Assembly: GCA_965365125.1 (NCBI GenBank)
Contig: CBDUAL010000001.1
Span: 1 to 34,307 of the forward strand
DNA: 34,307 bases
From: an uncultured Lutibacter sp.
Lineage (GTDB): Bacteria > Bacteroidota > Bacteroidia > Flavobacteriales > Flavobacteriaceae
Reading direction: 5' to 3'
Position 1 is the stretch's first letter, and every line of letters starts with the position of its first letter. Below, piece after piece: positions 19,619-28,121 of the stretch. Under the pieces are notes generated by a model. It ran no database searches, was not told where the DNA came from, and saw only the letters and a program-made list of their open reading frames with translations. Position numbers and translations under genes: made by a program.

Positions 19619-20236
19619 ATGAGTTTAGTTCGCCTTAATATTAAAGGGATATCGTATAGTCAAACACAAAGTGGTGCTTATGCTTTAGTTTTGAATGAAG
19701 TTGATGGAAGTAGAACCTTACCAATTGTAATTGGTGCTTTTGAAGCACAATCTATTGCAATTGCGCTTGAAAAGGAAATAAAACCTCCACGTCCATTAAC
19801 GCATGATTTGTTTAAAACTTTTGCCGATAGGTTTCAAATAGTAATTAAACAAGTAATCATTCATAAACTGGTTGATGGTGTTTTTTATTCAAGTTTAATT
19901 TGTGAAAGAGACAATATTGAAGAAATTATAGATACCAGAACCTCTGACGCCATTGCATTAGCTACCCGTTTTGATGCTCCAATTTTTACTTATGAAAACA
20001 TTTTAGATAAAGCTGGTATTTATTTAAAGATGAAAGATGAATTTCTTCCTGAAAAAGAAAGTTTAGAACTGGAAGAATTAATACAAGAACCTACTCCCAA
20101 AGAAGACGCATCTTTTTCAAAAGACAGTTTAAAACAGTTAAACGAAAAGTTAAATAAAGCTGTTTTAGATGAAGATTACGAAATGGCTGCAAAAATTAGA
20201 GACGAGATAAATAAACGTTCCTCCAAACAATCTTAG
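19619..20236 (+). CDS. Bifunctional nuclease (DUF151) family protein with C-terminal UVR domain
   Basis: LPIVIGAFEAQSI, PPRPLTHDL, DTRTSDAIALA; UVR motif AVLDEDYEMAAKIRDEI. Confidence 0.9.
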   Translation: MSLVRLNIKGISYSQTQSGAYALVLNEVDGSRTLPIVIGAFEAQSIAIALEKEIKPPRPLTHDLFKTFADRFQIVIKQVIIHKLVDGVFYSSLICERDNIEEIIDTRTSDAIALATRFDAPIFTYENILDKAGIYLKMKDEFLPEKESLELEELIQEPTPKEDASFSKDSLKQLNEKLNKAVLDEDYEMAAKIRDEINKRSSKQS

Positions 20237-20237
20237 A

Positions 20238-21632
20238 ATGACAAAAAAAATAGGTTTATCTATACTACTCGTATGTAGTGTTTTATCAATAAACGCACAA
20301 GAAACATTACAAAATCAACTTATTGACAACCAAGGACTTTCATTAAACTCTATTTTGAGAGGTGTTTTAGGAATGGTATCGCTTTTAGTAATTGCCTATT
20401 TATTTAGCAGCAACAGAAAAGCCATAAATTGGAAAACGGTTGGAGCTGGTTTAAGCGCACAATTATTAATTGCCATTGGTGTATTAAAAATACCTTTTGT
20501 ACAAGCTATTTTTGAATTTGTTGGAGGTATTTTTACAAACATACTAGATTATACCGCTGCTGGTAGCGAGTTTTTGTTTGGCGGTTTAATGAATGCAGAA
20601 TCTTACGGATTTATATTTGTATTTCAAATTTTACCAACAATCATCTTTTTCTCAGCATTAACTTCCCTATTATTTTACTTAGGTATTATTCAAATTATTG
20701 TAAAAGCTTTGGCTTGGCTTTTAACTAAATTATTAAAAATTTCAGGTGCTGAAAGTTTATCGGTTGCAGGAAATATTTTCTTAGGTCAAACTGAAGCTCC
20801 TTTAATGATTAAAGCCTACTTAGAACGTATGAATCGTTCAGAGATTTTATTGGTTATGATTGGTGGAATGGCTACAGTTGCCGGTGGAGTTTTAGCTGCA
20901 TACATTGGGTTTTTAGGAGGCAGCGACCCTGTTTTACGTTTACATTTTGCAAAACATTTATTAGCCGCTTCTGTAATGGCTGCTCCCGGTGCAATTGTAA
21001 TTTCAAAAATGTTATACCCACAAACCGAAGAAATTAATACCGATGTGAATGTTTCACAAGACAAAATTGGTTCAAATATTTTAGATGCTATTGCCAATGG
21101 AACGACTGAAGGATTAAAATTAGCGGCAAACGTAGCGGCAATGTTATTAGTTTTTGTTGCAATTATAGCTATGTTAAATGGAATTTTAGGATGGATTGGA
21201 GACATTACAACGCTAAATGCTTGGATGGCAACAAACACACCGTACCAAAGCTTTTCTTTAGAAGCTATTTTAGGAACTATATTTTCGCCATTAATGTGGC
21301 TAATTGGTGTTGCTACTGAAGATATTATGCTAATGGGACAATTATTAGGGGTGAAATTAGCCGCTAGTGAATTTGTAGGATACATTCAACTAGCTGAGTT
21401 AAAAGACGTTACCAATTTAACACACTTCACTTATAATAAATCTGTGATTATGGCAACTTATATGCTTTGTGGTTTTGCAAACTTTGCTTCTATCGGAATT
21501 CAAATTGGAGGAATTGGATCTTTAGCTCCTGGTCAACGTAAAACCTTGTCTGAATTTGGACTAAAAGCATTAATTGGAGGCTCTATAGCTTCTTTACTTT
21601 CAGCTACAATTGCAGGTATGATTATCGGATAA
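20238..21632 (+). CDS. NupC/CNT-family concentrative nucleoside transporter
   Basis: LPTIIFFSAL, NIFLGQTEAPL, GGMATVAG, MAAPG, LCGFANFASIGI. Confidence 0.93.
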   Translation: MTKKIGLSILLVCSVLSINAQETLQNQLIDNQGLSLNSILRGVLGMVSLLVIAYLFSSNRKAINWKTVGAGLSAQLLIAIGVLKIPFVQAIFEFVGGIFTNILDYTAAGSEFLFGGLMNAESYGFIFVFQILPTIIFFSALTSLLFYLGIIQIIVKALAWLLTKLLKISGAESLSVAGNIFLGQTEAPLMIKAYLERMNRSEILLVMIGGMATVAGGVLAAYIGFLGGSDPVLRLHFAKHLLAASVMAAPGAIVISKMLYPQTEEINTDVNVSQDKIGSNILDAIANGTTEGLKLAANVAAMLLVFVAIIAMLNGILGWIGDITTLNAWMATNTPYQSFSLEAILGTIFSPLMWLIGVATEDIMLMGQLLGVKLAASEFVGYIQLAELKDVTNLTHFTYNKSVIMATYMLCGFANFASIGIQIGGIGSLAPGQRKTLSEFGLKALIGGSIASLLSATIAGMIIG

Positions 21633-21707
21633 TTTTTGTTTATTTGTTGAATTATAGATCAAATAGCAATTCAACACATAAATTTTACTACAACTAAAAA
21701 GTTATAA

Positions 21708-22532
21708 ATGAAACAATATTTAGATTTAATACAACACGTAAAAGATAACGGGATTTTAAAGGAAGATAGAACAGGCACAGGAACTAAAAGTGTTTTTGGG
21801 TATCAAATGCGTTTTGATTTAAATGAAGGTTTTCCAATGGTTACCACAAAAAAATTGCACCTAAAATCTATTATTTATGAATTACTTTGGTTTTTAAAAG
21901 GCGAAACAAATATTGAATATTTAAAAAAACATAATGTTAAAATTTGGGATGCTTGGACCGATGAAAATGGAGATTTAGGACCTGTTTACGGACATCAATG
22001 GCGTAATTGGAATAGTGAAGGAATAGACCAAATTACAGAAGTAATTGAAACCATAAAAAACAATCCAGACAGCAGACGTATGATTGTTACTGCTTGGAAT
22101 CCGAGTGTTTTACCTGATACTTCCATTTCATTTTCAGAAAATGTAGCCAACGGAAAAGCAGCATTGCCACCGTGTCATGCATTTTTTCAATTTTATGTTA
22201 CTGATGGAAAACTTTCTTGCCAATTATACCAACGAAGTGCCGATATATTTTTAGGAGTTCCTTTTAATATTGCTTCTTATGCATTATTAACGTTAATGAT
22301 GGCACAGGTTTGTAACTTAAAACCTGGAGATTTTATTCACACTTTTGGAGATGCTCATATTTATAGTAATCACAGCAATCAAATAGATTTACAACTCTCA
22401 AGAGTACCTAAAGAATTGCCCCAAATGGAAATCAACCCAAACATTAAAAATATTTTTGATTTCACTTATGAAGATTTTAAGTTAACCGGTTACAACCCAC
22501 ATCCGCATATAAAAGGAGTTGTAGCAGTATAA
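21708..22532 (+). CDS. thyA: Thymidylate synthase
   Basis: [53 protein letters not shown]. Confidence 0.98.
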   Translation: MKQYLDLIQHVKDNGILKEDRTGTGTKSVFGYQMRFDLNEGFPMVTTKKLHLKSIIYELLWFLKGETNIEYLKKHNVKIWDAWTDENGDLGPVYGHQWRNWNSEGIDQITEVIETIKNNPDSRRMIVTAWNPSVLPDTSISFSENVANGKAALPPCHAFFQFYVTDGKLSCQLYQRSADIFLGVPFNIASYALLTLMMAQVCNLKPGDFIHTFGDAHIYSNHSNQIDLQLSRVPKELPQMEINPNIKNIFDFTYEDFKLTGYNPHPHIKGVVAV

Positions 22533-22542
22533 AAAACATCAC

Positions 22543-22616
22543 TATTTTATATTTTTACTACTGAATTTAAAGGTTTACTAAAAAACACCTTTAAATACTT
22601 CACGTAGTATAAAATA
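22543..22616. other. Long imperfect hairpin downstream of thyA
   Basis: Nested pairs TATTTTATA/TATAAAATA, CTAC/GTAG, TGAA/TTCA, TTTAAAGG/CCTTTAAA. Confidence 0.5.
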
Positions 22617-22681
22617 TTATTATTTTATTAATACAGCATTCGCAAAAGATTTAATACCTTTAAAGTTAAAATCACAAAAAA

Positions 22682-22894
22682 ATGCAAGATCAAGTTTTAA
22701 AAGAAAAAATAATTGAACGAATTAACCAAATTGAAGATGTAAATATTTTAAAATCTATTGAAATTCTTTTTAATTCTTCCGAAGAAGAAATTGCGAAATT
22801 TTTAACTTTTGCAATTGAACAAAACAAAAATACTGATGTAAGTGAAACCAATGAATATACAAACTACATTAAGGAATGGGTTAAAAACATGTAA
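22682..22894 (+). CDS. Small acidic hypothetical protein (70 aa)
   Basis: A-rich start context, same strand as neighbours, amphipathic helical N-terminus LKEKIIERINQIEDVNILKSIE. Confidence 0.65.
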   Translation: MQDQVLKEKIIERINQIEDVNILKSIEILFNSSEEEIAKFLTFAIEQNKNTDVSETNEYTNYIKEWVKNM

Positions 22895-23046
22895 TTTCTA
22901 TATCAGTGAAATTTTCAAACTAATATTTATTAGGGAAAATATTGAAACCCAAATAAAACTACTGCATTAACTTTATTAAAAAAGCCAAAACAAAATATTT
23001 TTAACTTATTAAATTACACGCAAACTAACATTAAATTGAATTATAT

Positions 23047-23445
23047 ATGAAAGAACAATTTGAACTGTATGAAAATGCAAAAAAAAGAGTAAAACAAAAG
23101 AAACGCTTGTATTTTCATTTTATATTATTTTTAGTAGGTTCGGTTTTTTTTATTGTACTTAACAAACTATTAAAAGTTGGAGAACCTTACAACTGGTTTG
23201 TATGGGCAATTGTTGGCTGGTTTTTCCTATTTTTACTTCATTTTATAAATGTGTTTATTACTCACAAATTTATGGGTAAAGAATGGGTTGAAAAACAAAC
23301 TGAAAAGTTAATATTAAAGCAAGAAGCCAAAATAGAAAAACTTCAAAAAGAAATTGAAAAAGAGGCACGAATAAAATTAGAAAGTGAGCTACACGCAAGT
23401 GAGATAGAAAAGGAAAACCAACAAAATTCAACAACCAAAGAATGA
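23047..23445 (+). CDS. 2TM domain-containing protein
   Basis: YENAKKRVKQKKRLYFH, two hydrophobic segments, GKEWVEK, coiled-coil tail; ATGA overlap with folA. Confidence 0.85.
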   Translation: MKEQFELYENAKKRVKQKKRLYFHFILFLVGSVFFIVLNKLLKVGEPYNWFVWAIVGWFFLFLLHFINVFITHKFMGKEWVEKQTEKLILKQEAKIEKLQKEIEKEARIKLESELHASEIEKENQQNSTTKE

Positions 23446-23924
23446 TTACAATAATAGCCGCTGTTGCTGAAAATAGAGCCTTAGGAAAAGACAACCAATT
23501 AATTTGGCACTTACCTGCCGATTTAAAACGTTTTAAACAAGTTACACTTGGTCATCATATTATTATGGGACGAAAAACATTTGAATCTTTAGGTAAACCT
23601 TTACCTAATAGAACTACCATTATTATTACACGAAATAAAAATTACAAACAAGAAGGTTGCATCGTTGTAAACTCTCTTCCTGAAGCCATTGAAGCATCAA
23701 AAACCGATGAAAACCCTTATATTTTAGGAGGTGCTGAAATTTACAAACAAGCATTAGAAATTGCCGATAAACTAGATTTAACTTTTGTACATCACACTTT
23801 TGAAGCTGATGCATTTTTCCCTGAAATTAACAATGCTATTTGGGAAGAAACTGAGCGTACTAGTTTTAACGCTGATGAAAAAAACAAATACGATTATAGT
23901 TTTGTGTCTTATAAACGAACATAA
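23442..23924 (+). CDS. folA: Dihydrofolate reductase
   Basis: IAAVAENRALGKDNQLIWHLPADLKRFK, IMGRKTFES, PLPNR, GGAEIY, DAFFP. Confidence 0.97.
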   Translation: MITIIAAVAENRALGKDNQLIWHLPADLKRFKQVTLGHHIIMGRKTFESLGKPLPNRTTIIITRNKNYKQEGCIVVNSLPEAIEASKTDENPYILGGAEIYKQALEIADKLDLTFVHHTFEADAFFPEINNAIWEETERTSFNADEKNKYDYSFVSYKRT

Positions 23925-23954
23925 AAAAAGGAGACCTCCAAGAAGCCTCCTTTT
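23923..23954. terminator. Bidirectional terminator between folA and the 197-aa gene
   Basis: Minus strand reads AAAAGGAGGCTTC-TTG-GAGGTCTCCTTTTTTT. Confidence 0.8.
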
Positions 23955-23988
23955 ACCAAACTAAACATAAATAATATATGAGATATTA

Positions 23989-24582
23989 TTATTTTTTATA
24001 CACTTTTTGTTCAAATGATTTACCTCCACTTTTCATAACAATAGAATAGGTTCCTTTTTCAAGTTTCATTAAATTTAATGTTTTACCTAAATTTATTTCC
24101 CCACTTAACTCTTCTTTATACAACATATTTAAATGACCGTCGTATAAAGAAATTGTGAAATTTTCATTATTCAATGCTACTTTTGAAATAAAAACTAAAT
24201 CACCTTCTTGCCTAACAGTAGGCTTATAGTAAATACTTTCCACCTTGTTATCAAATTCAATTCCTTCAGAAGTTACTTTAAAAGGCATTAAGTTAATTTT
24301 TGTATACCCTTCAATCTCAAAATAATAATCACCCGTTGGTAATGTCTTTAAATCATATTTTTTTGAGAAAAAATCTCCTTCAAATTTTTCAGTATATAAA
24401 GCTTCACCGTAAGCATCTCTTACGCTTATTGTTAAATCTCCATCTGAATTTTTCAATTTTAAATCAATTAACTTTGAGTCAATCACATTTACTTCAACAT
24501 TGTTATTAATGTTGGCTCCACTCATTACTATTGTAGTTAATACGGCTACAACTAGTAAACTCTTTTTAATTAAATTTTTCAT
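23989..24582 (-). CDS. Exported hypothetical protein with two tandem Ig-like domains resembling T9SS C-terminal/DUF3244-type domains
   Basis: Signal peptide; internal duplication ISVRDAYGEALY...YDLKTLPTGDYYFEI vs ISLYDGHLNMLY...LNLMKLEKGTYSIVM; ends KVYKK. Confidence 0.75.
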   Translation of the reverse strand: MKNLIKKSLLVVAVLTTIVMSGANINNNVEVNVIDSKLIDLKLKNSDGDLTISVRDAYGEALYTEKFEGDFFSKKYDLKTLPTGDYYFEIEGYTKINLMPFKVTSEGIEFDNKVESIYYKPTVRQEGDLVFISKVALNNENFTISLYDGHLNMLYKEELSGEINLGKTLNLMKLEKGTYSIVMKSGGKSFEQKVYKK

Positions 24583-24611
24583 AATTCAATAATTTATCAA
24601 TTAGTATGGTA

Positions 24612-24676
24612 CAAATGTATGATGGAATTTCAGGGTAAAACACTTCAAATTTTTCAAATTTATATCTTATTTTAAC
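24612..24676 (-). promoter_or_regulatory. Promoter (TACATTTG) plus 41-bp conserved upstream box, copy 1, candidate AraC operator
   Basis: -7 box 24612-19, 16-nt spacer, box 24636-76 that aligns without gaps to 25892-25932 and 26082-26122. Confidence 0.7.
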
Positions 24677-24777
24677 TGTTAATTTAATGTTAATAGTGTT
24701 TAAAGTTAATTTAGAACATAAAGTTGTGAAATCTAAATAGAATCATTCTTTTATTTATTTTTACTTTTGTAATAACT

Positions 24778-25665
24778 ATGGCAAATATGAAAAATACAAA
24801 GCCCGCATTTGAGAAAATAAACTTAGAGTTCGGAAACTCTTTGCTTATTAAGCAACATACTGAGATTGTTGAAAATAACTTACCTTTTTGGCATTTTCAT
24901 CCTGAACTTGAATTAGTTTATGTAAATAAAGCGAAAGGAAAAAGACATATTGGTAGTCACTTATCCTATTTTAATAACAGTCAGTTAATATTAATAGGTG
25001 CTAGTTTACCACATAGCGGTTTTACTGATAGGTTTACTTCAAATGGAGCTGAAACAATTATTCAATTTAAAGAAGAATTTTTAGGAGAAACCTTTTTTGA
25101 TATTCCTGAGATGCAAACTATTAAAACGTTGTTTGCAAGAGCAAAAAAGGGATTGTTGTTTCATCAAGAAGCAAAAAAAGAAATTGGACCAAAAATTGAA
25201 GCATTATTAAACTATCAAGGAATTGATAGAATTATATACTTTTTAGAGATATTAAAGGATCTTTCTTTATCTAAAGATTACTCCTTGTTAAATGTAGACG
25301 GATTTGCTTTTGAAGTAGAACCTCAGGACAATAATAAAATTGAAATTATTTTTCATCACGTAAGAAACAACTTCACCCAACAAATTACTTTAGATGAAAT
25401 TTCAGAAAAAGTAAGTATGACTGTACCTGCTTTTTGTAGATATTTTAAGAAGGTAACTGGAAAAACATTCACCCAGTTTGTAAATGAATTTAGAATTGTA
25501 CACGCAACTAAATTACTTGCAGAAAAACCAACAAGTATTACAGATATTTGTTTTGAAAGTGGTTTTAACAATTTTTCTCATTTCAACAAGCTTTTCAAAA
25601 AATTCACAGGAAAAAGTCCGTTGAAATACAGAAATGAAATGAAACAACTTGTTGAACAAAAATAA
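24778..25665 (+). CDS. AraC-family transcriptional regulator with N-terminal cupin domain
   Basis: WHFHPELEL cupin motif; double HTH MTVPAFCRYFKK...ICFESGFNNFSHFNKLFKKFTGKSP. TACTTTTG promoter box at 24762-69; true start may be 24787. Confidence 0.95.
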   Translation: MANMKNTKPAFEKINLEFGNSLLIKQHTEIVENNLPFWHFHPELELVYVNKAKGKRHIGSHLSYFNNSQLILIGASLPHSGFTDRFTSNGAETIIQFKEEFLGETFFDIPEMQTIKTLFARAKKGLLFHQEAKKEIGPKIEALLNYQGIDRIIYFLEILKDLSLSKDYSLLNVDGFAFEVEPQDNNKIEIIFHHVRNNFTQQITLDEISEKVSMTVPAFCRYFKKVTGKTFTQFVNEFRIVHATKLLAEKPTSITDICFESGFNNFSHFNKLFKKFTGKSPLKYRNEMKQLVEQK

Positions 25666-25702
25666 CTTATTGTATTAAAAAACACTTATTGCTTTATCGT
25701 AT

Positions 25703-25748
25703 AAAGTCATTGCATTTATTTGCTAGTGGCTTTTTTTTAGCAAAAATT
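25703..25748 (+). terminator. Probable araC terminator
   Basis: AAAGTCATTGCA / TGCTAGTGGCTTT imperfect stem followed by a T-run. Confidence 0.5.
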
Positions 25749-25774
25749 TCAATAAAACTGAGGCAAATTAAGCA

Positions 25775-25863
25775 CAAAAAAAATCACCTTTTAAAAAAAG
25801 GTGATTTCAAACTTAATTGATATCTAATAAATCTTTATTATCTATCTCATGTAAACCAAACAT
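25775..25863 (-). ncRNA. Candidate small RNA, copy A (~89 nt), containing a possible 16-aa ORF at 25813-25863
   Basis: TATATTTG box at 25868-75, internal hairpin, terminator AAATCACCTTTT / AAAAGGTGATTT with U-tail. Confidence 0.7.
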
Positions 25864-25867
25864 ATTA

Positions 25868-25932
25868 CAAATATACGACTCATTTAAGGTTTAAATAACA
25901 CCAAATTTTCCCTATTTATATTATATTTTAAC
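25868..25932 (-). promoter_or_regulatory. Promoter plus conserved 41-bp box, copy 2
   Basis: TATATTTG, 16-nt spacer, box 25892-25932. Confidence 0.7.
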
Positions 25933-25964
25933 CCTGTTCTATTAAGGAGCGTATTATATATAAA

Positions 25965-26053
25965 CAAAAAAAATCACCTCTTTTCAAGAGGTGATTTTAA
26001 ACTTCATTAATATCTAATAACCGCTTATTATCTATTAAATGTAAACCAAACAT
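25965..26053 (-). ncRNA. Candidate small RNA, copy B (~89 nt), containing a possible 18-aa ORF at 25997-26053
   Basis: TATATTTG box at 26058-65, internal hairpin, terminator AAATCACCTCTT / AAGAGGTGATTT with U-tail. Confidence 0.7.
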
Positions 26054-26057
26054 AAGT

Positions 26058-26122
26058 CAAATATATAGCCAATAGAACATTTAAATAACTCCATATTTTT
26101 CTTATTTCTATTTTATTTTAAC
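26058..26122 (-). promoter_or_regulatory. Promoter plus conserved 41-bp box, copy 3
   Basis: TATATTTG, 16-nt spacer, box 26082-26122. Confidence 0.7.
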
Positions 26123-26261
26123 TATAGCACCACTTTCTTTAGTATTCTATATAAAAATAGCCTTTTTACACCCCTATAATTTCATAAATGTAAACTTACT
26201 TAAGCTTTAAACGAATACAATTAAAGAAAGCTAAAAAAATAAAAACAACACTAAAACATTT

Positions 26262-28016
26262 TTATTTAATATCTAGCACATAAGGTAAGCGCGCCTGAAT
26301 ACCACTCACTTTTGAAAACTGTTTTACTGTTTGGTATAATTTATAATTCTCTGCTCCAAATTCTTCAATTAACAATTCTTCTTTGGTTGAAGCAAATGGA
26401 AAACCGCTAAATCGTTCTTCAAAATCTACTTTGTAGCTTGGGTAATTTCGTATTCTATAATCTGTAATTCCTGCCAACCCAGCAGCCTCAATAACCGCAT
26501 CTTTTAAACTTCCAAGCTCGTCAACTAAGCCTTTTTCTTTAGCTTGCACACCCGACCAAACTCTACCTTGTGCAATTTCATTAACTTGTTCAATAGTCAT
26601 ATTTCTACCAGTCGCTACTCTACTTATAAAAGTAGTATAAACAAATTCAACACCTTCTTGAGTTACCGTTCTAAAAGCATCGGTCATAGGTTCAAAACCA
26701 CTGTAATCTGGTCCTTTGTTGGTTTTTACCTGTTCAGCATTTATTCCAATATTATCGGCCAATTTACTAAGGTTTGGAATTACTCCAAAAACACCTATAG
26801 AACCTGTAATTGTAGTTGGCTCAGCAATAATTTTATTAGCATTACACGCTATATAATAACCTCCAGAAGCGGCAACATTACCCATTGAAACTACTACGGG
26901 TAATTTTGCTTTCGTAAGTTCAATTTCTCTCCAAATTAATTCAGAAGTTAATGCACTACCGCCAGGAGAATTTACACGTAAAACAATGGCTTTTACACTG
27001 CTACTAGTTCTCGCTTTTCTTAGGGCATTAATTATTAAATCTTGACCAATTAAATTCTCATCACCTTTTCCGTAAATAATTTCACCTTGCGCATAAATAA
27101 CCGCAATTTTATCTGATGCTGTGTTTAATATTCTACCCTTTCCTGTGGCAATATAATCTTGAAGTTTAATGGTATTTAGTTTACTTTTTGTTGCAACGTT
27201 TGAAGCTATTTTTAACTTCTTTTCATATTCATCAAAATAAATAGCGGCATCAACCATATTATTTTCAATAGCTAATTTTGCATTTCTAGCTAACAAACCA
27301 TCAGCAATCGTATTTAACTCAATCACTGTTTTATTTCTACTTTCAGCAATATCATCTAACAGTTCACCCCAAATAGCATTTAAAAAGGACGCTATTTGCT
27401 CTCTATTATTAGCACTCATTTCATTTGCTAAAAACGGTTCTACGGCACTTTTATATTTTCCGTGACGAATTACTTCCATTTTAACACCCGTTTTTTCTTG
27501 CAAATTTTTATAAAACAATACTTCCGAAGAAAGACCTTTAAAACTAATTTCACCAACCGGATTCATAAAAACAGAATCGGCAACGGAAGCTAAATAATAA
27601 GCTTTTTGATTGTAAACATCGGCATAAGCTTTCACAAACTTTCCAGTTTCTTTAAATTCTTGAATTTTATTTCGAATGGCTTGCGTTTGCGCAACACCCG
27701 CATTTACACCTAATGTATGTATGCTAATTCCTTTTATTTTGGCATCGTACTTGGCATTTTCAATGGCATTTAATATGTCATTCAACCCCATTCTTTTATT
27801 GTTACCACCAAAAATCTCTTCAAAAGGATCCTCGCTCTTTGGTGCATAATCTTTTACCGTTTTATCTAATTTAATAACTAAAACTGAGTTCTCTTTTACG
27901 GCAATCTCTTTGTCTTCACTTAAGGCAACTACGACCAATAAAAACAAAACAAAAATTAAACCTAATGCTATAAAGCTACCAATAATTGATGCTAATAAAT
28001 TTCTTAAAAATTTCAT
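26262..28016 (-). CDS. sppA: Signal peptide peptidase SppA (67K type, protease IV)
   Basis: N-terminal TM; HGKYKSAVEP; LRVNSPGGS; SMGNVAASGGYYI; TGSIGV; AQGRVWSG. Confidence 0.96.
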   Translation of the reverse strand: MKFLRNLLASIIGSFIALGLIFVLFLLVVVALSEDKEIAVKENSVLVIKLDKTVKDYAPKSEDPFEEIFGGNNKRMGLNDILNAIENAKYDAKIKGISIHTLGVNAGVAQTQAIRNKIQEFKETGKFVKAYADVYNQKAYYLASVADSVFMNPVGEISFKGLSSEVLFYKNLQEKTGVKMEVIRHGKYKSAVEPFLANEMSANNREQIASFLNAIWGELLDDIAESRNKTVIELNTIADGLLARNAKLAIENNMVDAAIYFDEYEKKLKIASNVATKSKLNTIKLQDYIATGKGRILNTASDKIAVIYAQGEIIYGKGDENLIGQDLIINALRKARTSSSVKAIVLRVNSPGGSALTSELIWREIELTKAKLPVVVSMGNVAASGGYYIACNANKIIAEPTTITGSIGVFGVIPNLSKLADNIGINAEQVKTNKGPDYSGFEPMTDAFRTVTQEGVEFVYTTFISRVATGRNMTIEQVNEIAQGRVWSGVQAKEKGLVDELGSLKDAVIEAAGLAGITDYRIRNYPSYKVDFEERFSGFPFASTKEELLIEEFGAENYKLYQTVKQFSKVSGIQARLPYVLDIK

Positions 28017-28121
28017 GTAACCGTTGCTCTTTAAAATGCAAAAAAATATTGCAAATGTTTATAAGTTGAAACACAAAGATAAGTTTTTAAATGATACTTT
28101 TCTTTTCTTTGCAGTCACTTT

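Larger units (their letters stand above)
25774..26122. repeat. Two ungapped ~159-bp direct repeats with exact 190-bp period (25774-25932, 25964-26122)
   Basis: Shared blocks ACAAAAAAAATCACCT, GGTGATTT, ATATCTAATAA, TTATTATCTAT, ATGTAAACCAAACATA, CAAATATA, TTTAAATAAC, TATTTTAAC. Confidence 0.95.

Noticed and set aside
24677-24710. GTTAA-like repeats upstream of araC, also seen near 2590 and 10156, as extra sites for the response regulator
   Set aside because: Irregular spacing, and TTAA words are frequent by chance in this AT-rich DNA.
25813-26053. Type I toxin interpretation of the micro-ORFs
   Set aside because: The peptides are hydrophilic with no transmembrane segment, and no antisense transcription unit is evident.
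25774-26122. CRISPR array or type III toxin-antitoxin RNA array interpretation of the 190-bp repeats
   Set aside because: Only two long units, each with its own promoter and terminator; no repeat-spacer pattern, cas gene or adjacent toxin ORF.
26123-26261. Possible third copy of the repeat (AAATGTAAAC near 26186)
   Set aside because: Off the 190-bp register and lacks the terminator, hairpin and -7 box.
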